Assembly: GCA_918797485.1 (NCBI GenBank)
Contig: CAKKNE010000004.1
Coordinates: 3,162,001 to 3,226,000, forward strand
DNA length: 64,000 nucleotides
Direction: 5' to 3'
Origin: Pelagomonas calceolata
Taxonomy: Eukaryota
The translations under genes were made by a program, and so were the position numbers. Shown here one piece after another: positions 51,872 through 62,749 of this stretch. The notes under the pieces were generated by a model. The model searched no databases. It saw nothing but the letters and a program-made list of their open reading frames with translations, and was not told the DNA's origin. Positions within the stretch are counted from its first letter, which is position 1; each line of letters starts with the position of its first letter.

Positions 51872-52108
51872 CTACCCGTCGTCGAAGGACCGGTGTGCGC
51901 CGCTGACGCAGCCTTCGGCGTCCGGGTCATCGCTCCCGCAGCAGTCCCAGGCGTAGACAATCAGCGGTAGGTGCGCCACCGCCGGGTCGGATGAAGAGGT
52001 GCCGTGCAGTTTGCCGCGCTCGGAGCCTTGCCAGGAGCCGGGGTGCGTCTTGCAGGGCGTCGGCGCGGCTACGTCGAACGATTTCAGGCAGTGGACGCAG
52101 ACTGGCAT
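51872..52108 (-). CDS. Small Cys/His-rich (zinc-binding-like) protein
   Basis: CVHC..CKTHPG..WDCCG..GC..H. Confidence 0.65.
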   Translation of the reverse strand: MPVCVHCLKSFDVAAPTPCKTHPGSWQGSERGKLHGTSSSDPAVAHLPLIVYAWDCCGSDDPDAEGCVSGAHRSFDDG

Positions 52109-52267
52109 TTACAGCCTCCAGGCTCTACAGCTCCAGGCTCCCCGTTTTGGCGCAAAAACGTGCGAACCTTCAAGGAGAGGTGTCGAGTGCAGCTCTCAAC
52201 GCCCACTGAGCAACCTTACGTGCCCCGGCGCCTCCGCTTGTGCTGGCTTGGTTGATTATGTTCGCAT

Positions 52268-52294
52268 GCTAGCGGCCTGTAAGGCACTAGCAAG
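52268..52294 (+). promoter_or_regulatory. Recurrent CTAG-bounded intergenic motif
   Basis: gctagcggcctgtaaggcactagcaag between divergent genes. Confidence 0.6.
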
Positions 52295-52459
52295 CGCGGG
52301 TTTTGCTGCGAAAAGGACAGATTCACGCTTCCGGAGCGTAGATGGACACGTTGGACAAGATAACTGACCATCCATTGTCACGCCACCGCGGAGTGCAAGA
52401 CCTGGTTGCCCCCTGTCTTTCACCTCCTCTCAACTTTGTACAAACTGCACATTAACACA

Positions 52460-53438
52460 ATGAAGGCTGCCGTTTTAGCCCTCGCCCTCTCCCTGACGCC
52501 GGTCGCCGCCGAAGCATGGGCTCCTAGACCGATGCCGTCCCTGCACAAGAGTGCACCGATGCGTGCTGAGGCTGCCGTCGCGGTTACGGGCGGCTCAGAC
52601 GCGCGCGCCGGCCCGGCGGGTGTCTACGACGCCGCCGTGACGCTCGGAGCTGGCAAGGCCGCCACGCCGATCTCCAAGCTCATCCCGCTCAGCTTCCTGA
52701 GCGGTCCGCACCAGTGAATGAACCAAATTGTCGCGGCGCGAATCACTGCACCCGACTCACTGTTCGATAAACGCAGGCGCGCACATCGCCTTGGGTGCGA
52801 TGCTGGCGGTGTCGGTGGGCGGCAGCGTCCCCGGCATCAAGGCCGCGAACCCGGGCGTGCAAAGGGCTTTGCTCGGCGTCATGGGTTTACCTATGGGTTT
52901 ACTGATGGTCCTCGGCGCGGGCGGCGAACTCGTGACGGGCAACATGGCCGTCTGCACCGCGGCTTATAAAGCGGGCAAGGCTTCTCTGTCTGATTTATGC
53001 AGAAACCTCGGCACGGTCTACCTCGGCAATTTTGTTGGATCGTTAGCCGTGGCAGCTCTAGGAGCCTGGGCCTCGACGGGCGTGACGGGCGGCGCCATCG
53101 CCGTCGCCACGGGCAAGGTGAGCGGCACCTTCGGCGCGGCCTTCGCCAGAGGTGTATTGTGCAACTGGCTCGTGTGCATGGCCGTCTGGATGGCCACGTC
53201 GCAGAAGGATTTGATCAGCAAGGCCGCGGCCGTCTTCTTCCCGATCTCGGGCTTCGTCGCCATGGGTCTCGATCACTCGGTCGCGAACATGTTCCTCATC
53301 CCGTTCGGCATCTTCTGCGGCGCGGAGATCACGTGGGCGGACATGGTCATGAAGAACCTGGTGCCCGTCACGCTGGGCAACTTGGTCGGCGGCGCGGTCT
53401 TCGTGGCCGCGGCGTACCACTCGGCCTACGGCAAGTAG
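52460..53438 (+). CDS. Formate/nitrite transporter (NAR1-like, probably plastid); exons 52460-52703 and 52777-53438
   Basis: GGELVTGN, YLGNFVGS, GVLCNWLVCMAVW, FVAMGLDHSVANM, PVTLGNLVGG; the intron restores SG-AHIA. Confidence 0.93.
52704..52776 (+). mobile_element. Intron (73 nt), degenerate introner
   Basis: TSD-like gtccgcac/gcgcgcac; cacccgactcactg shared with the copies at 17150 and 63478. Confidence 0.7.
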
Positions 53439-53672
53439 ATCTCGCGCGGCACTGTACATACTCCTGATCATACGCCCGCTGAGGGGGTTCCCTCCTTCTA
53501 AGTCACATATAAGTAACCGAGGATAGATGAAGTGGACTCACATATTAATCGAGACAGAGCGGGGGCGAGGCGCGGCCCATCGACCGCGCGTGGCCCATCA
53601 GCTATTGGGGCAGGAAAACTTGGTGGCGGGGCGCGTCCATGGCAGACGCGGCCGGGCCGTCTCCGTACGCGC

Positions 53673-54515
53673 TTAGAAGAGCGTGGCGCCCGTCTGGAGC
53701 TCCTGGACGATCATGCCGGCGGCCGCGAGCATGGCGAGGCGGCCGTGCTGGAGCTCCTTGGTCTGCATCTCCTTGAGCGCCTCGGGGTCCTCGGGCTTGA
53801 GGCCGAGGGGATCGAAGTCCTGCGCGCGAAACCGCCCGGGTGAGTCGCGAGACGAGTTCTCTCTCTCTTCGAGCCACGACAAACAAGCGCGACACACGAA
53901 CAACGTCACAACACACAAACAACGCGCGACACACGCCATCGATGCGACACATCACATGTCGACAGGTCGACGTTGACGACAACATCACAACAAACAAACA
54001 CCGCACAGTAGGTAGGTTTCGGCACTGCGCGGGACGAGGTCGCCGGGGGTGTAGCCCGGGCGGAGCTGGAAGTAGTTCTCCGGCACCGTCGGCTCCATCC
54101 AGCCGCGGAGCGCGCGGAACGTCTCCGGCACGGCGATGAAGAGGAGGATGACCGGCCAGAAGCCCGTCGGCACCTGCCAAAACTGGTTGATGCCAATCCC
54201 AGAAATCTTGCCCTCGAAGAGGGGCGTGAAGCCCGACTCGCCGACGAGGAAGCCGAGCGACGCGAGCATGGCGACGCGGCCGTGCGTGAGCTCGGCCTCG
54301 CGGTAGCGCTTGAGCTCCGAGGCGGAGACGTCGTTCGAGAGGCCCGCCGGGTCGAAGAAGCCCGTCGGGTTCAGGATGCCCGGGAGCGACTGCACGTCGT
54401 CGAACGACGAAGGGTTGTACATCGCCTGGAGCGACGACGTGGCCTTGGAGGCGGCCGGGGCCTGGAAGGCCGCGGCGGCGCCGAAGGTCGAGGCGAGGAG
54501 GAGCTTGGAGTGCAT
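53673..54515 (-). CDS. LHCX: Light-harvesting complex protein, LHCX/LI818-like; exons 54515-54036 and 53819-53673
   Basis: [55 protein letters not shown] presequence. Confidence 0.88.
53820..54035 (-). other. Intron (216 nt, GT-AG) with introner core and simple-sequence expansion
   Basis: Contains cacgccatcgatgcgac (53932); imperfect inverted ends; CA-rich on the + strand. Confidence 0.8.
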
Positions 54516-55302
54516 TGTGTTGTTTGTGTCTGCGGGCGGCGGTGGCGTTGTTGAATGTGGATGTCGGGCGCGTCGAGCGTGCAGTGTGTGCGTAATGCTC
54601 GGCACAGCCACCGTGATGGCCGCGGCGGCGCCGCGTCGCGTGCCGGTGGCGCGTGGCGTTGTTGACATTAGTATGTCGGTCGCCTCGGCCGCGCGCGCGG
54701 CCGCGAATGCGCGGTGTCGCTTGCAAAACAAGCGCGTTGCTTCGCGAGGGCAGCGCGGCGACCGCGGCAAGTGCCGTGGGCGCGCGCGCACGGTGTGAAA
54801 TGCATCGCTGCGCTCATATGCAGCGCCACACGTGCTGGTGTCCGCGCGCGCGGCCGATTTTCACCGCGTCTTCGCACTGTCGTGCTTTGTTAAGGTCGGC
54901 AGGCGTTTTGCATTGGTCGCTGGGTCCTTTCGGTGCAATGGCGACGCTGGGAACGCACGACTCAACTGCGAGGTGTTCGTGCTCGATGGTGCTGAATCAG
55001 CCCGAATTCGCGTGCGGGAGTTGAGGTCAAGTTCGCAGGCATGGAAACAAAGCTCGCACCAAGTACAATAGGCGTCGGCGAGGACACATTGCAGCGCCCA
55101 ATGGCCGCGGAAAATGGAATTTGGCGCGAGCGCACGCACGCGGGCGGTCGGATGCACGGCAGCACATGCCACTGGTGTGCATCGCGACCCGTCCCGTCCG
55201 TATAGGTGGCCCGAAGATCGGTCACCGCACCCAGTGTTCCCCATGCACACAAAATACTACTAGTAGCACAAGAATTAAGACCCGGGCGCGCGACACCAAC
55301 CA

Positions 55303-55824
55303 TCACCACTCCAAATCCTCCGGCAAAACAGGATGCTGCAGCGGCACCACCGACTTCTTCTCCTTATCTCGTGGCAACGCTTTCCGCATGTCGAAGGCGT
55401 CCTCCGTGCCGCTATAATAACCTAAAACCCGCCGATAGACCGAGTAGCCGAACGCCTCGTACATGCCTATGGCCAGCGAGTTCGAGACGCGCACGAACAA
55501 GTCGACGAAGTAGGCGTCGAACACGTGCTCCGACGTCGCCTCGAGCGAGTTCATCAGTTTTCTTCCTAAACCTCTCCTCCGAAACTCGGGCGCCACCGTC
55601 ACGGCCGTGACGTGGCCGTGCCAGAGCTCGCCCTCACCTTCCGCCTTACCCATGACGTAGCCCATCAGGTTGCCCGACGGGTGCGCCTCGGCCTGGAAGA
55701 AGTCCGGCCATGTGCTTAGGTATTGCAGGTAGAACGACATCTGGTACGTCTCGGTCAGCGGGTCGAGATTGACGTTGTTGAACCGAAATAGGTCCTCGCA
55801 GCGGAACTGGCGCGTCGTCGTCAT
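55303..55824 (-). CDS. NAA20: N-terminal acetyltransferase B catalytic subunit
   Basis: FNNVNLDPLTETY, WHGHVTAVTVAPEFRR, FVDLFVRVSN, EDAFDMRKAL. Confidence 0.96.
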   Translation of the reverse strand: MTTTRQFRCEDLFRFNNVNLDPLTETYQMSFYLQYLSTWPDFFQAEAHPSGNLMGYVMGKAEGEGELWHGHVTAVTVAPEFRRRGLGRKLMNSLEATSEHVFDAYFVDLFVRVSNSLAIGMYEAFGYSVYRRVLGYYSGTEDAFDMRKALPRDKEKKSVVPLQHPVLPEDLEW

Positions 55825-56195
55825 TTTCGTTTGTTCGGCTGGCCGCCTCGTTCGCCCGCGGAAGCAATTGGTGCGCCACAGGCTGCAAAGGCAAAGCTGC
55901 AAACCTGCCGCGGCGGCTGGCGTTACGCGTCGTTTCGTTCGCCCGCACCGATCAACGGCGTGTCGAGAGCTTCTCTACGAGCCGCGGTATCAAGCGGCGC
56001 GCTCGAACGCTGCGTGCTGCCAAACCAAAAGCTGGGGCTCAGCTCTGGCAGCGAGTTTTTGGCACCAGCTTGCGCGCGCGAGAACGCGTAAAGGGGAGCA
56101 GGCTAGCCATATAGCTGCCGCGACGCGGCTGTAACGGCAGAAGTTGAACCGCGGAGGCACCTCGCAGCGTTTGCAGTGATTGCAGAGAGAGCATC

Positions 56196-57422
56196 ATGCT
56201 GCTCCTGAGGCACGCCGCGCGCGGTGCGATACGACGGCCGCGCATCGCTGCGCGGGGCGAGCTGCGGCGACCGCGCGCCGCCGCGCATCGCTGCCTCGCA
56301 ACGACGCCCGGCGACGACGACGCAACCACGACACCAACACAAACGCCGACGGAGGGCTGGACCGCGAACCCGCCCGAGGCCTGGATGGAGGTCATGAACC
56401 GGCCCCAGCACTTGAGTGACGCCGTCGACGCCATCACGCCCCTCGGCTACTACCCGTCTGATCTTGCTTTGAGGTATGTCGACTTTCTGTCGAGCACGTT
56501 CGACCTCCCGTTCTGCGCCGGCATTATTGGAGGCACGTTTTTGCTGCGAGCGGCCATGTTTCCTCTCTCAATAATAACGATGAAACATACCGCGAGAATG
56601 CAAAAGGCAAAACCCGAACTTGAGGTCTTGCAAGAGCGGATCAACAGCGATCCGAGCGTGAAGACCGATAGGCGGAAGATGGACGCGTATCAGAGACAGA
56701 TGGGCGCCTTACTTGCGAAACATAACGTCAAACCTTATCTCATATTCATGTTCCCGCTTGCGCAGCTGCCCGTTTTCATGTCCATGTTCTTCGGGCTGCG
56801 ACGGGCGGCGGAGTCGTTCCCGGCGGAATGCGCATCCGGAGGCATGCTCTGGTTCCCGGACCTGAGCGTGGCGGACCCGACGTACGCCTTACCTTTGATA
56901 ACTTCGGGACTGTTCTTAGTGATGATCGAGGTCGGCGCCGACGGCATGAACGCGTCGGCGAACAAGGACCAGGCCAAGACCATGAAGAACGTGATGCGCG
57001 GCATGGGTGTCTTGATGGTCCCCTTTACGTACCACTTTCCGGCGTCGGTCTTTTGTTATTGGGTCTCCGCGAATGCGTTCTCCCTGGGCCAGACCGTCTT
57101 GCTGAACAAGGTGCCGGGCGTGCGCGAGGCCTTAGGTGTCCCCATCGTGCAGACGCAGTCGAAGGTCCGTAAGCCGACGGCGCCGCCCGTCGAGACGGTC
57201 TTCGGTCGCCTGGAAAAGGCCATCGACACGGCGAAGAAGCAAGCGGCCAAGGACGACGCGCCTCTGGTGGCCGCCGACGTCTTCGAGAAGAAAGCCGAGG
57301 ACGACGCCTTCCTCAAGTCGCGGCCGGCCCAGCAGGTGGTGACGCACGCGCAGCCGCCCAAACAGACCGCGACGCCGCCCAAGCAGCGGCGGAAGAAGAA
57401 AGGGAAGAAAGGAAAACGGTAG
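56196..57422 (+). CDS. OXA1: Mitochondrial inner-membrane insertase Oxa1/YidC
   Basis: Arg-rich presequence; LAQLPVFMSMFFGLR, GGMLWFPDLSVADP, YWVSANAFSLGQ. Confidence 0.92.
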   Translation: MLLLRHAARGAIRRPRIAARGELRRPRAAAHRCLATTPGDDDATTTPTQTPTEGWTANPPEAWMEVMNRPQHLSDAVDAITPLGYYPSDLALRYVDFLSSTFDLPFCAGIIGGTFLLRAAMFPLSIITMKHTARMQKAKPELEVLQERINSDPSVKTDRRKMDAYQRQMGALLAKHNVKPYLIFMFPLAQLPVFMSMFFGLRRAAESFPAECASGGMLWFPDLSVADPTYALPLITSGLFLVMIEVGADGMNASANKDQAKTMKNVMRGMGVLMVPFTYHFPASVFCYWVSANAFSLGQTVLLNKVPGVREALGVPIVQTQSKVRKPTAPPVETVFGRLEKAIDTAKKQAAKDDAPLVAADVFEKKAEDDAFLKSRPAQQVVTHAQPPKQTATPPKQRRKKKGKKGKR

Positions 57423-57562
57423 CACGGGTCTGGGAGCACGCGGCGGCGGCGTGCTTCCTCTCTCCGACGGCGTCGCCACGGTCGCGCCCAACGTAGTAGT
57501 ATATTTAACGATAGCATGTCTTACTTGTTCGAGCGATGGAGCTGTGCACCTGAACAGGCAGG

Positions 57563-59143
57563 TCACAGGCTCTTGAAGCGTATCCGCGCTTTCGACTCAA
57601 ACTCGAAAAGCCCTTCCTGACAGAGCGCGTGAATAGCATCGATGTCTCCGCGCAATTGTCGCGCGTCCTGACTACGCAGCATGACGCTCCCGGGCGTCGT
57701 CAGGAAGTCGACGGTCGGCGTGAGCTCATCCCCTATTTTCGTCTTGATCTCCTCGCCGACGTACGACTTCAATGCCCTAATTTTCTCGAGATGAATCGAC
57801 CGGACGACGCCCGACGCGTGGGCGATGAGCATGACCTCGACGGCGCCGCCCTCGAAGTGCGCCGGTCGAGCCGGTAACCGATGGACGCGATACGGCCGCT
57901 CGACCAGGTCGAGCATCACGGACAGTTGGTCGTAGCCGATGGTCGGAGCCGACAGCTCGACGAAGGTCCCCTCGCCGCCGTGGGGCCGGCAGCCCACCTC
58001 GACCAGGCACGGCTCATCACATGAATCGAGCCACATGACCTCGGCGTGGCTGGGGCCGTGCCGACATCCCAACGCGTCGAGGACCCCTCGGACGTATTCC
58101 GTGAGTTTCGATTCTCGGACACCGTCCTCCGATTGATACAGCTCCATGCAATAATAAACGAACTGCGCCCCATTACAAGGCCGCTTGTCGTACCGCCAGA
58201 TGGCCACGCACTTGTGGACGCCCTCGACGGACACGTGGTCGACGACGTACTCCGTGCCCTTCATGAACTCCTGCACGAGTACGTTGTCGTTGCTCTCGCC
58301 GAAGACCGTCTCCGTACCCAAGATCTCAGAGAAGCGCCGTTGGCACTCCTCCAGACTCTTGGCAATATAAACACCGTCCGTGCCCGCGCTCTTGCAGGGC
58401 TTGAGGACGCACCACGCCGAGGTCTCCGTATCATTGACGCCTAGGGCTTCGCAGAAGACGCGCGCAGAATCCCAGTTCGAACAGAGCTCCTGGCGCACGG
58501 CCCGTAGACCCGCATTTCTCACGCACTCGCCCATGGGGTGCTTGTCCCTCCTCGCTAAAGAACGCTCGGGCCCGTTCGACGGGTGGCCTCGTAATGCGGA
58601 CGTTAGCGCGTCGTGGCACTCGACACCGCTCTCGCAGCCGACCAGGACGCCGAGCACGTGGGCGTCTAATGAGCGTAAAGCCTCCACCGTTTTTGATGGA
58701 TTTTCGGCGTCATACTCAAGCGACGCGTGCCAATTAAGTGTCAGACCGTCCGGCAGGCAGGACGCGATCTCGTCGGGGAAGGCCTGCGACAGCACTCTAA
58801 CGATCAGGAAGCCGCGGTCCGCCGCCATCGCGGCCAGCGTCGCGCCCGTGGACAAGGGGTCGACGACGACGACGCAGTCCGGTCTGCCGTCTTTCGCGGT
58901 GCTTCTATGCTTCGCGAGGGGCTTGAAGCGCGCGTCGTCGTCCGGCGGGGCCGGCGGGGCGTCGATGCTTCGGAGGGCGTCGTCGATGGCGTGCTGGACC
59001 GTTTTTGAGGAGAGGCAGGCTCTTTCGACGACTTTCCTCAGCGACGCGGCGTCGAGTCTTTCGAGCTTCATGGCGATGGACTCGGCGGGCGTCGTCACGT
59101 CCCAGGTCGCGCGCCGCGGGCGGGTCGTGGTGTCGCCGCCCAT
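57563..59143 (-). CDS. ATP-grasp ligase (L-amino-acid-ligase-like)
   Basis: VVVVDPLSTG, ARRDKHPM, VLKPCKSAGTDGV, VQEFMKGTEYVVD, GPSHAEV, LVEVGCR. Confidence 0.85.
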   Translation of the reverse strand: MGGDTTTRPRRATWDVTTPAESIAMKLERLDAASLRKVVERACLSSKTVQHAIDDALRSIDAPPAPPDDDARFKPLAKHRSTAKDGRPDCVVVVDPLSTGATLAAMAADRGFLIVRVLSQAFPDEIASCLPDGLTLNWHASLEYDAENPSKTVEALRSLDAHVLGVLVGCESGVECHDALTSALRGHPSNGPERSLARRDKHPMGECVRNAGLRAVRQELCSNWDSARVFCEALGVNDTETSAWCVLKPCKSAGTDGVYIAKSLEECQRRFSEILGTETVFGESNDNVLVQEFMKGTEYVVDHVSVEGVHKCVAIWRYDKRPCNGAQFVYYCMELYQSEDGVRESKLTEYVRGVLDALGCRHGPSHAEVMWLDSCDEPCLVEVGCRPHGGEGTFVELSAPTIGYDQLSVMLDLVERPYRVHRLPARPAHFEGGAVEVMLIAHASGVVRSIHLEKIRALKSYVGEEIKTKIGDELTPTVDFLTTPGSVMLRSQDARQLRGDIDAIHALCQEGLFEFESKARIRFKSL

Positions 59144-59549
59144 CTTTTTTCTTTTCCGCGCCGGCGACGCCTGCTTTCTCGCTGGCTGGCTGCGCTAGGC
59201 AGCTGTTGCCTTGGTTGCTTGCAACAGATGCCTCTCGCTGCAAAGGCTCGTAGTCGCGCGGTTTAGTGCGTCGTGGAGCAGCCAGAAATGAGTCGAGGAC
59301 GCGTGTAACCGTGTGTCCCGTGCTGGAACGCGCCCGCCAAAGTTGGATCGAGCTGACCAGTCACATCCCGCACGTTTTAGTGATGAGGCGTCAATACCCC
59401 CTATTGACAATGACGGAGGGCGAGGAGAGCTGCCTGGGGGTGGTGGATTTTTGCGCTGAGAGCATCGCCCGCCGCGCGGAGAGCAGAAAGTGGGCGGGCA
59501 GCTTTAATGGAGGCAGCCGACGAGGCGCAAGGACCGGGAACCAGCACTA

Positions 59550-61760
59550 ATGCGCCATCTCCTGCTCGCATGCATCGCCGGGGCAGCCCGCGGCAGCAGG
59601 CTAGCCATCGATTTCAGCACCGACGAGGCGTTTAGCATCACAATCGATGGCACACAGTGGCTCCACGGCGGCGGCGCGAGCCTAAGACAACAACGGCTCC
59701 GACCCAGCGGTCCGTGGCGACCGATCAAAGGCGCCGACGCGCGAGGAAAGTACAAGGGCCGCGCGCGGCGCTACGGCGCGCTCGAGGCGAGCTACGCTCT
59801 ATATGACAACGCCGTCGTCTTCACGCAGCGGTTCCCCGACGGCGCCACCGTGTCGCCGCGCGGCGTCGAGGGGTTGGCCAGCGAGTGGCCCGTGCTCGGG
59901 CCGAGCGCGCAACGGCTCGGCGTCTTGACCTTTGGCGGCCGGTTCATGGAGACGAGCCGTGCGACGAAGTGGACCGGCGCGGGCTCGGTCGAGAGCGGCG
60001 CCTACGGCGGGCCTTTCGTGCTCTTCGACGGGAAAGGCGACGCGCTGGTCGTCTCGGCTGCCACGGAGTTTGCAGCACACTCGCACGCAGCCTCAACGCA
60101 AAACGCTTCGGCCGTCGCCTTCGGCGTGCTCGGGTCCGTGACCAAAATCCCCAGAGGCTTCGCCGTGGCGACGGTGCTCACGCTGGGTCAGGAAGGTATT
60201 ACATCAGCCGTGCGAACCCACGGCCGGGCCCTCCTGGCCGGCACGGTCCGCCCGCCCGACTACGCGACGCGTTATTTAGGCTACTCGACGGACAACGGCG
60301 CCTACTATTACTACAATCCAAGCAAGGACTACGGGACGACGCTGCGGGCGGTCCGCGCCTACGCCCAACGCGAGCGGATCCCCTACCGCTACGCTCTCCT
60401 GGATAGCTGGTGGTATGAAAAAGGCTCGGGCGACGGAGTCCGCAACTGGTCCTGCACCGCGCAAGCGTTCCCGCAAGGGTGTCAGGGTCTCTCGGAAGAG
60501 CTCGATTGGAGGTTCATGCTACATAATCGCCAATGGAGCTCCGACAACGTCTACCGGGGCGCCTATGACTTTGCGGTGGAGCCGCCGCTGGCGCTGCCCC
60601 TCGAGCAGCGGTTCTGGGACGACCTCATGCGCAACGCGTCCGACTGGGGTATGATTGTCTACGAGCAGGACTGGCTCTACACGGAGTTCCTCGGTTTGAA
60701 TGCCACTCTTCTGCAGTCGGCGACGGGCGCGAGAAAGTGGCTCACGCAAATGTCGACCGCGGCGTCCCGCGTGGGCGTGACGGTCCAGTACTGCATGGAG
60801 ATGGCCCGTCTCGTTCTCCAGAGCGCGACCCTGCCAGCCGTGACGCAGATCCGCGCCTCCGACGACTACAACCCCGCGGGCGATTCTGGAAATTGCACGC
60901 CGCCAGCGTGCAACCCGCCCGTACAAGTAGATACCTACTACATCGGCACGACGTCTTTATTAGCTTGGGCGCTGGACCTAGCGCCGTCGAAGGACAGCTT
61001 CTGGTCGACGTCGGCCCAACCGGGCAATCCTTACGGTGATGTGGCCGAGCGCTACCCCGCGATGCAGGCCGCCGTCGCCGCGCTGTCGCGGGGACCGGTC
61101 CAGGTCTCGGACGGCGTCGGGTACTCCGATCGCGAGCTGATTATGCGGACCTGCGACGAGGCGGGGCGTCTTCTTCAGCCGTCGCGGCCCGCGACGGCGT
61201 TAGACGCTGCCTTCCACCGCTCTGCGGGAGTCGGCGACGGTCCACTCGCCAGATTTCCAAACGTTTTGCCCATCACGGCCACGCATACGCGCATCGACGG
61301 CTGGAAATGGGCCCATATTCTTGTGATCAACCTCGAGGAGCCGTTTATGCTCCTGCCGGCGCATCTCAGACCAACCGACCTGGGCGCCGGCGAGCACGTC
61401 GCCTACTCTCTCGCGGCCGCGTCGACGGCGTCGCAGCGACGTGGTGATGCCTTGTCCGTGCTCGGAGATTTTCGGGACGGCATAGCCATCCCGGCCTGCG
61501 GCGCGGGCGACTTCCGCCTCTACCACGTCGCGCCGCGGCTCGCGAACGGCTGGGCCTACCTCGGCGAGCTCTCAAAGTTCGTCCCCGTCGCCGAGGCCCG
61601 CACGCGGTCTTTGCGGTTCGACGTCAATAGCGTGTCTGTCTCGCTCTCTGGCGCAGCGAGCGAGGAAGTTGTTGTCACGTTCCTCGCGCCGAACGGGACC
61701 GTGGTCTCCGCGGAGTGTGTGTTGTCGGCCGCAGGGCTCGGGGAGGTGATTGTGGGTTAA
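59550..61760 (+). CDS. Secreted glycoside-hydrolase-like protein (clan GH-D / GH36-like barrel)
   Basis: Signal peptide; LLDSWWY, YEQDW, VQYCM, IRASDDY, LSRGPVQVSD. Confidence 0.65.
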   Translation: MRHLLLACIAGAARGSRLAIDFSTDEAFSITIDGTQWLHGGGASLRQQRLRPSGPWRPIKGADARGKYKGRARRYGALEASYALYDNAVVFTQRFPDGATVSPRGVEGLASEWPVLGPSAQRLGVLTFGGRFMETSRATKWTGAGSVESGAYGGPFVLFDGKGDALVVSAATEFAAHSHAASTQNASAVAFGVLGSVTKIPRGFAVATVLTLGQEGITSAVRTHGRALLAGTVRPPDYATRYLGYSTDNGAYYYYNPSKDYGTTLRAVRAYAQRERIPYRYALLDSWWYEKGSGDGVRNWSCTAQAFPQGCQGLSEELDWRFMLHNRQWSSDNVYRGAYDFAVEPPLALPLEQRFWDDLMRNASDWGMIVYEQDWLYTEFLGLNATLLQSATGARKWLTQMSTAASRVGVTVQYCMEMARLVLQSATLPAVTQIRASDDYNPAGDSGNCTPPACNPPVQVDTYYIGTTSLLAWALDLAPSKDSFWSTSAQPGNPYGDVAERYPAMQAAVAALSRGPVQVSDGVGYSDRELIMRTCDEAGRLLQPSRPATALDAAFHRSAGVGDGPLARFPNVLPITATHTRIDGWKWAHILVINLEEPFMLLPAHLRPTDLGAGEHVAYSLAAASTASQRRGDALSVLGDFRDGIAIPACGAGDFRLYHVAPRLANGWAYLGELSKFVPVAEARTRSLRFDVNSVSVSLSGAASEEVVVTFLAPNGTVVSAECVLSAAGLGEVIVG

Positions 61761-61789
61761 GTATGTCATGTGCGAGTACAACAGAGACA

Positions 61790-62749
61790 TTACAATTCAT
61801 CAGAGTAGTGATTGTGCCAGAACGCCGGCCGCCACGCGGTGTCGAATTCGTGGTGGAAGAATACAACGTCGGCGCTGGCGAGGTGCGGGCAGCCGCGGCT
61901 CCGGAAGTAACAATAGGGCAGGACCGTGACGTCCTTCACCGTCGTTGCCCTCGCCCAGGTCGTCGCGTCGTCGGCTCGCTCGCCCGCCGCCTCGCGCAGC
62001 GCGCGGTTCGACGAAGCGCCCGCGTACGCTTGTAATGCGTCGCCGAGCATGGCCGGGCCGGTCAGGTCGAGCACCGGGATATGGCCGCCCGCGCAGTACG
62101 CGCTACGCTCGCCCGCGCATGCCTCGGCGTCCCCAGAAAACGCCGCGATGCGATCCGCGGCGAGCAAGGCGGCGTGCAACGGGAAACCGTGGCCCTTCTC
62201 GCAGGCGAACGCCCAATTCAGCGGCGCCGAGGGGTCGTCGGCGACCGAGCCCTCCCACGCGAAGACGCAGCCGTCGATCTCGAGTTCGGAGAGAGGATCG
62301 TCGATGCAGACCGCATCCGCGTCGAGCCACCAACCTCCGTAAGTGTGGACAAGCAGCAGCCGCGCGAGGTCCGTGCGCAGGACGAAATGTTTCGAGAACG
62401 GTGGTCTCCGAAGAGCATCAATGGCGGTCGCGATTCTCGCGTCGAGCGCCGCCGCCTCGTCGAGAAACGCGTCTAGCGCCGCGTCGTCGTACCAGATCGT
62501 CGCGTAGCCGGGGTTCTGTACCGCGCAGGAGACGACGTTGCGCCGCGTGCGACCGAGTCGCGCGCCGCCGCCGGCCGCCGTCAGCGCCGCGGCGGAGAAG
62601 TTGTGGGACCGGTGTAGTACTCGCAGGTCGTCAATGATGCGCGGCGGCGCGTCGTGCCAGTGCGGCACGCCCGTCGCAGCGGTCTTGCGGTGGTCTAGGT
62701 ACTGCTGCCCATGAATGACAGTGATTGTGCACATCAATTGCCATATCAT
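61790..62749 (-). CDS. DXD glycosyltransferase (GT32/OCH1-like)
   Basis: RTDLARLLLVHTYGGWWLDAD, NWAFA...H, VLDLTGP. Confidence 0.85.
   Translation of the reverse strand: MIWQLMCTITVIHGQQYLDHRKTAATGVPHWHDAPPRIIDDLRVLHRSHNFSAAALTAAGGGARLGRTRRNVVSCAVQNPGYATIWYDDAALDAFLDEAAALDARIATAIDALRRPPFSKHFVLRTDLARLLLVHTYGGWWLDADAVCIDDPLSELEIDGCVFAWEGSVADDPSAPLNWAFACEKGHGFPLHAALLAADRIAAFSGDAEACAGERSAYCAGGHIPVLDLTGPAMLGDALQAYAGASSNRALREAAGERADDATTWARATTVKDVTVLPYCYFRSRGCPHLASADVVFFHHEFDTAWRPAFWHNHYSDEL

Noticed and set aside
61410..61455. gcgtcgacggcgtcgc resembling the introner core inside the GH-like gene
   Set aside because: No TIR, TSD or convincing splice sites; likely chance in CpG-rich DNA.
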